The notes under the pieces: generated by a model
The model's database searches: none
What the model saw: the letters and a program-made list of their open reading frames with translations, nothing else
Told to the model about the DNA's origin: nothing
Position numbers and translations under genes: made by a program
Shown: positions 59,673 to 64,000 of the stretch, piece after piece
Layout of the letters: the number at the start of each line of letters is the position of its first letter
Position numbering within the stretch: the stretch's first letter is position 1
From: an uncultured cyanobacterium
Lineage (GTDB): Bacteria; Cyanobacteriota; Cyanobacteriia; Cyanobacteriales; Nostocaceae
Assembly (NCBI GenBank): GCA_963706595.1
Contig: OY970166.1
Span: 3,104,001 to 3,168,000, forward strand
DNA length: 64,000 bases
Direction of reading: 5' to 3'

Positions 59673-59720
59673 CAAACCTTTTACTACTCGCTGAAATATT
59701 CGCTTTCATAATTTTTAGTC

Positions 59721-60665
59721 TTAACTCGGTTGAACAGGCCACAAAATGATTGTTTTATCACCACTTCCACTAGCTAGGGTTTGACCATCCGGGCTAAAAG
59801 CAAGGGAGTGAATTGATTCTTCATGTCCTGTGAGACTGCGGAGGAGATTTCCTGTATTCATCTGCCACAGTTTAATTATCTTGTCTTTACTTCCACTGGC
59901 TAAAGTTTTACCATCTGGACTGATAGCGATAGAACAAACATGATCAGAATGTCCACTCAAAGTAGAGATTTCTTGACCGTCTTGCAACTGCCATATTTTA
60001 ATTGTTTTGTCCCAACTTCCACTAGCTAAAATCTGACTATCTGGACTGAATACCAGAGAACTAATTCCGCCAAACCAGTCAGAATGTCCGGTGAGGGTTA
60101 AGACTTTTTGTTGATCCAAATACCAAAGCTTGATAGTTTTGTCATTACCAGCACCGCCACTAGCTAAAACCTTTCCATCTGGACTGAAGGCGACACATAG
60201 AACATCATCGGAATGTCCTTGGAGTGAGTATTTTTCCTTCTCTGTCTCTACTGACCACAATTTGACGGTTTTATCTTTACTACCACTGGCTAAAGTTTTG
60301 CCATCGCGACTAAAAGCAACACTATAAACCTTGTCTTCATGTCCGGTGAAAGTGCAAATTTCTCTTCCTGTCTGCACATCCCACAATTTAATAGTGTTGT
60401 CATCACTCGCACTAGCTAAAGTTTGACCATTGGGGCTAAAAGCTACAGAATTAATTCCCCCAGACCAGGAAGATTCGCCGTGACCTTGAAGGGTGGGGGT
60501 TTCGGTGTGAGTTAAAGACCAAATTTTGATGGTTTTGTCTTCGCTACCACTGGCTAATAACTTGCTATCTGGACTGAAGGCGACTGAGTTAACTTTGTCT
60601 GAATGTCCTTTGAGTATACGGACAGATATTAAGTTTTGGATCATTGGGTTCAGGCGATCGCCCAT
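59721..60665 (-). CDS. WD40 repeat protein (7 repeats)
   Basis: Repeated GH...VAFSPDG..LASGS.DKTIKLW. Confidence 0.95.
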   Translation of the reverse strand: MGDRLNPMIQNLISVRILKGHSDKVNSVAFSPDSKLLASGSEDKTIKIWSLTHTETPTLQGHGESSWSGGINSVAFSPNGQTLASASDDNTIKLWDVQTGREICTFTGHEDKVYSVAFSRDGKTLASGSKDKTVKLWSVETEKEKYSLQGHSDDVLCVAFSPDGKVLASGGAGNDKTIKLWYLDQQKVLTLTGHSDWFGGISSLVFSPDSQILASGSWDKTIKIWQLQDGQEISTLSGHSDHVCSIAISPDGKTLASGSKDKIIKLWQMNTGNLLRSLTGHEESIHSLAFSPDGQTLASGSGDKTIILWPVQPS

Positions 60666-60727
60666 CCTAAAAACATAGTAAATTTATTTGCATTTTAGTA
60701 TAAGAAATTACATTTTAATATGATCGC

Positions 60728-60898
60728 CTATGTAGTTTCAGATAATAATCTGACCAGAGGCTGAGTAATAATTTTTCTGTTTCTAGCTACCTGTTTTTTC
60801 CGTAAATCTTTACAAATTTCGTGCAAATCATAATTAAAAGATTTAGCGTGTTCTTCTCGGATTTTATAAATTTCTTCTAACACCTCATCTTTCCACAT
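60728..60898 (-). CDS. 56-aa protein downstream of the PIN gene, putative antitoxin/partner (below the track cutoff)
   Basis: Manual translation MWKDEVLEEIYKIREEHAKSFNYDLHEICKDLRKKQ...; starts 3 nt after the PIN stop. Confidence 0.7.
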   Translation of the reverse strand: MWKDEVLEEIYKIREEHAKSFNYDLHEICKDLRKKQVARNRKIITQPLVRLLSETT

Positions 60899-60900
60899 AG

Positions 60901-61374
60901 TTAGTCTCCCATAAGTTCATAAGGTGTACAAATTGTTGGTAGTTCATATCCAGATTGAATACTAATTTGTGAGAGTTTTTTCTGGATTTGTGCATTGGCA
61001 ATATGTTTACAGTTCCATGTTAACAAATAATCTAATTTATAAACAGTAGCTAAGGCAATATGCAAGGCATCATCAGACGCTTTAGGAGGAAGATTGCTTT
61101 TTATCAGAAATTGCTGGGCTAATTCTTCCACTGCTTCATTGAGTGCTAATAATGGTAATTCATTTATTAGATCCAGCCGTTTAGTAGCTATTTCTTGATC
61201 TCCTCTGGCTAATTCTTCTAAAACTACTTCCGAGATATATAGAGTAAAATTTTGCCGCCGAGTATCCCACCAATTCTGTGTAATTACTGAATTTGAAGCA
61301 GTAATTAGATTGGTGCTTGGTCTAATTGTAAGATAACCAATAATACTTGTATCAAGGTATAGACTTTCAATCAT
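60901..61374 (-). CDS. PIN-domain (VapC-like) nuclease
   Basis: LYLDTSII, ISEVVLEEL, DDALHIALA, LLTWNCKH. Confidence 0.9.
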   Translation of the reverse strand: MIESLYLDTSIIGYLTIRPSTNLITASNSVITQNWWDTRRQNFTLYISEVVLEELARGDQEIATKRLDLINELPLLALNEAVEELAQQFLIKSNLPPKASDDALHIALATVYKLDYLLTWNCKHIANAQIQKKLSQISIQSGYELPTICTPYELMGD

Positions 61375-61518
61375 TATTATTCATTAATGAGGCAAAATTC
61401 TTGATTACTTTACTATATCAACACCATCCGATTTATCATTGGATCATTGGTTTGAGGCGATCGCTCATCCTAGAAACCTAGTAAATTTATTTTTAATTCT
61501 AGTATGGAAAGTTACAAA

Positions 61519-63259
<1,741 letters not shown>

Positions 63260-63302
63260 AACTACTGCTATCATAGTATGTGCTTGCATAAGCTTTGTAC
63301 TT

Positions 63303-63376
63303 GGGGCTGTAGCTCAGATGGATAGAGCGAGCGCCTCCTAAGCGCTAGGTCGCCGGTTCGAGCCTGGCCAGTCCCG
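63303..63376 (+). tRNA. trnR: tRNA-Arg (anticodon CCT)
   Basis: Acceptor GGGGCTG/CAGTCCC, D-arm GCTC...GAGC, anticodon arm AGCGC-ctCCTaa-GCGCT, T-loop TTCGAGC; CCA not encoded. Confidence 0.93.
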
Positions 63377-63608
63377 TCCCAGAAGACAATTCCATGAAAC
63401 AGAGGGTCGGAAATATTTGATCAATTTTCCGATCCAGTGTAAAATACGGCATCAATCACAATAGATGATGTTAATACACATTTAAAGCTGTATTCGAGAA
63501 AAATATAAGTTCATACTGGGGTAGATTTGGCAAAAATCTGTTACCTTACATAATTGTTTATCTTTTTTCATAGAAAATCCTGACCTCAACAGCCGAAAGT
63601 ATAGAGTC

Positions 63609-64000
63609 TTGAAGAATAATCTATTATTTACAGGTCATTCATTTCGGTTTATAGTTTTCGCCCTACCTCTATTAATGTGGTTGGGATACCAAGAATCGAA
63701 AATTGAAACATTACCTCCCCAAGCAGTATTAGTCTTGGGTGGTTCTACGTCACGTTTAGAACGAGAAAAATTTACAGCCAATTTTGTGCGCGAGCATCCA
63801 AGTTTACCAATTTGGATTTCTGGGGGGAGTCCACCTAGATCGACTGAGAATGTGTTTGCCCGTGCTGGAGTTGATCCCAAACGATTACACCTGGATTATC
63901 AAGCTGTAGACACTGTTACCAATTTTACTACATTAGTAGATCAGTTGCAAGCTCAAGGTATTAAGAGTGTTTATTTAGTTACTTCGGAGTTCCACATGCG
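63609..64000 (+). CDS. YdcF/DUF218 family protein, 3' end outside the window
   Basis: Manual translation: N-terminal TM, AVLVLGGS, IWISGGS, AVDTVTNF, LVTSEFHM. Confidence 0.85.
   Translation, partial: MKNNLLFTGHSFRFIVFALPLLMWLGYQESKIETLPPQAVLVLGGSTSRLEREKFTANFVREHPSLPIWISGGSPPRSTENVFARAGVDPKRLHLDYQAVDTVTNFTTLVDQLQAQGIKSVYLVTSEFHM

Noticed and set aside
63303..63420. tRNA-Arg as attachment site of an integrated element
   Set aside because: No integrase and no duplicated tRNA 3' end seen in the window
63635..63880. 81-aa minus-strand ORF
   Set aside because: Antisense to the YdcF-family gene

Overview
Chromosomal segment of a filamentous, probably heterocyst-forming (Nostocales-like) cyanobacterium, inferred from frequent HIP1 (GCGATCGC) octamers, STRR-like heptamer tracts, psbQ, ntcB-cnaT with an NtcA promoter, and tocopherol cyclase. 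It is mostly housekeeping genes (hemJ, panD, ppa, fumarase/aspartase, pgsA, rfbB, an rfbZ/rfbP-like-gmd-fcl LPS cluster, crp, cobT, ribC, birA, pgeF, tRNA-Arg(CCT)). The intergenic spaces hold many MITEs, REP-like palindromes and very small repeats. Most notable: (1) an internalin-like LRR gene of 18 near-identical 66-bp modules that vary mainly at three predicted ligand-facing codons, with a 1-nt frameshift; (2) an AT-rich island with no HIP1 site (about 18.0-22.2 kb) encoding a frameshift-split P-loop ATPase/PD-(D/E)xK nuclease/wHTH-like protein plus an ABC-ATPase/TOPRIM-like pair, a candidate anti-phage system; (3) an orphan IS200/IS605 right end / omegaRNA-like structure between ntcB and cnaT; (4) a 72-bp in-frame MITE-like insert in a Uma2 nuclease gene; (5) a PIN toxin cassette between ~78-bp HIP1-containing direct repeats. 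No CRISPR array, rRNA, integrase or intact transposase was seen. All calls come from reading the sequence and the ORF track by eye; no database search was run.
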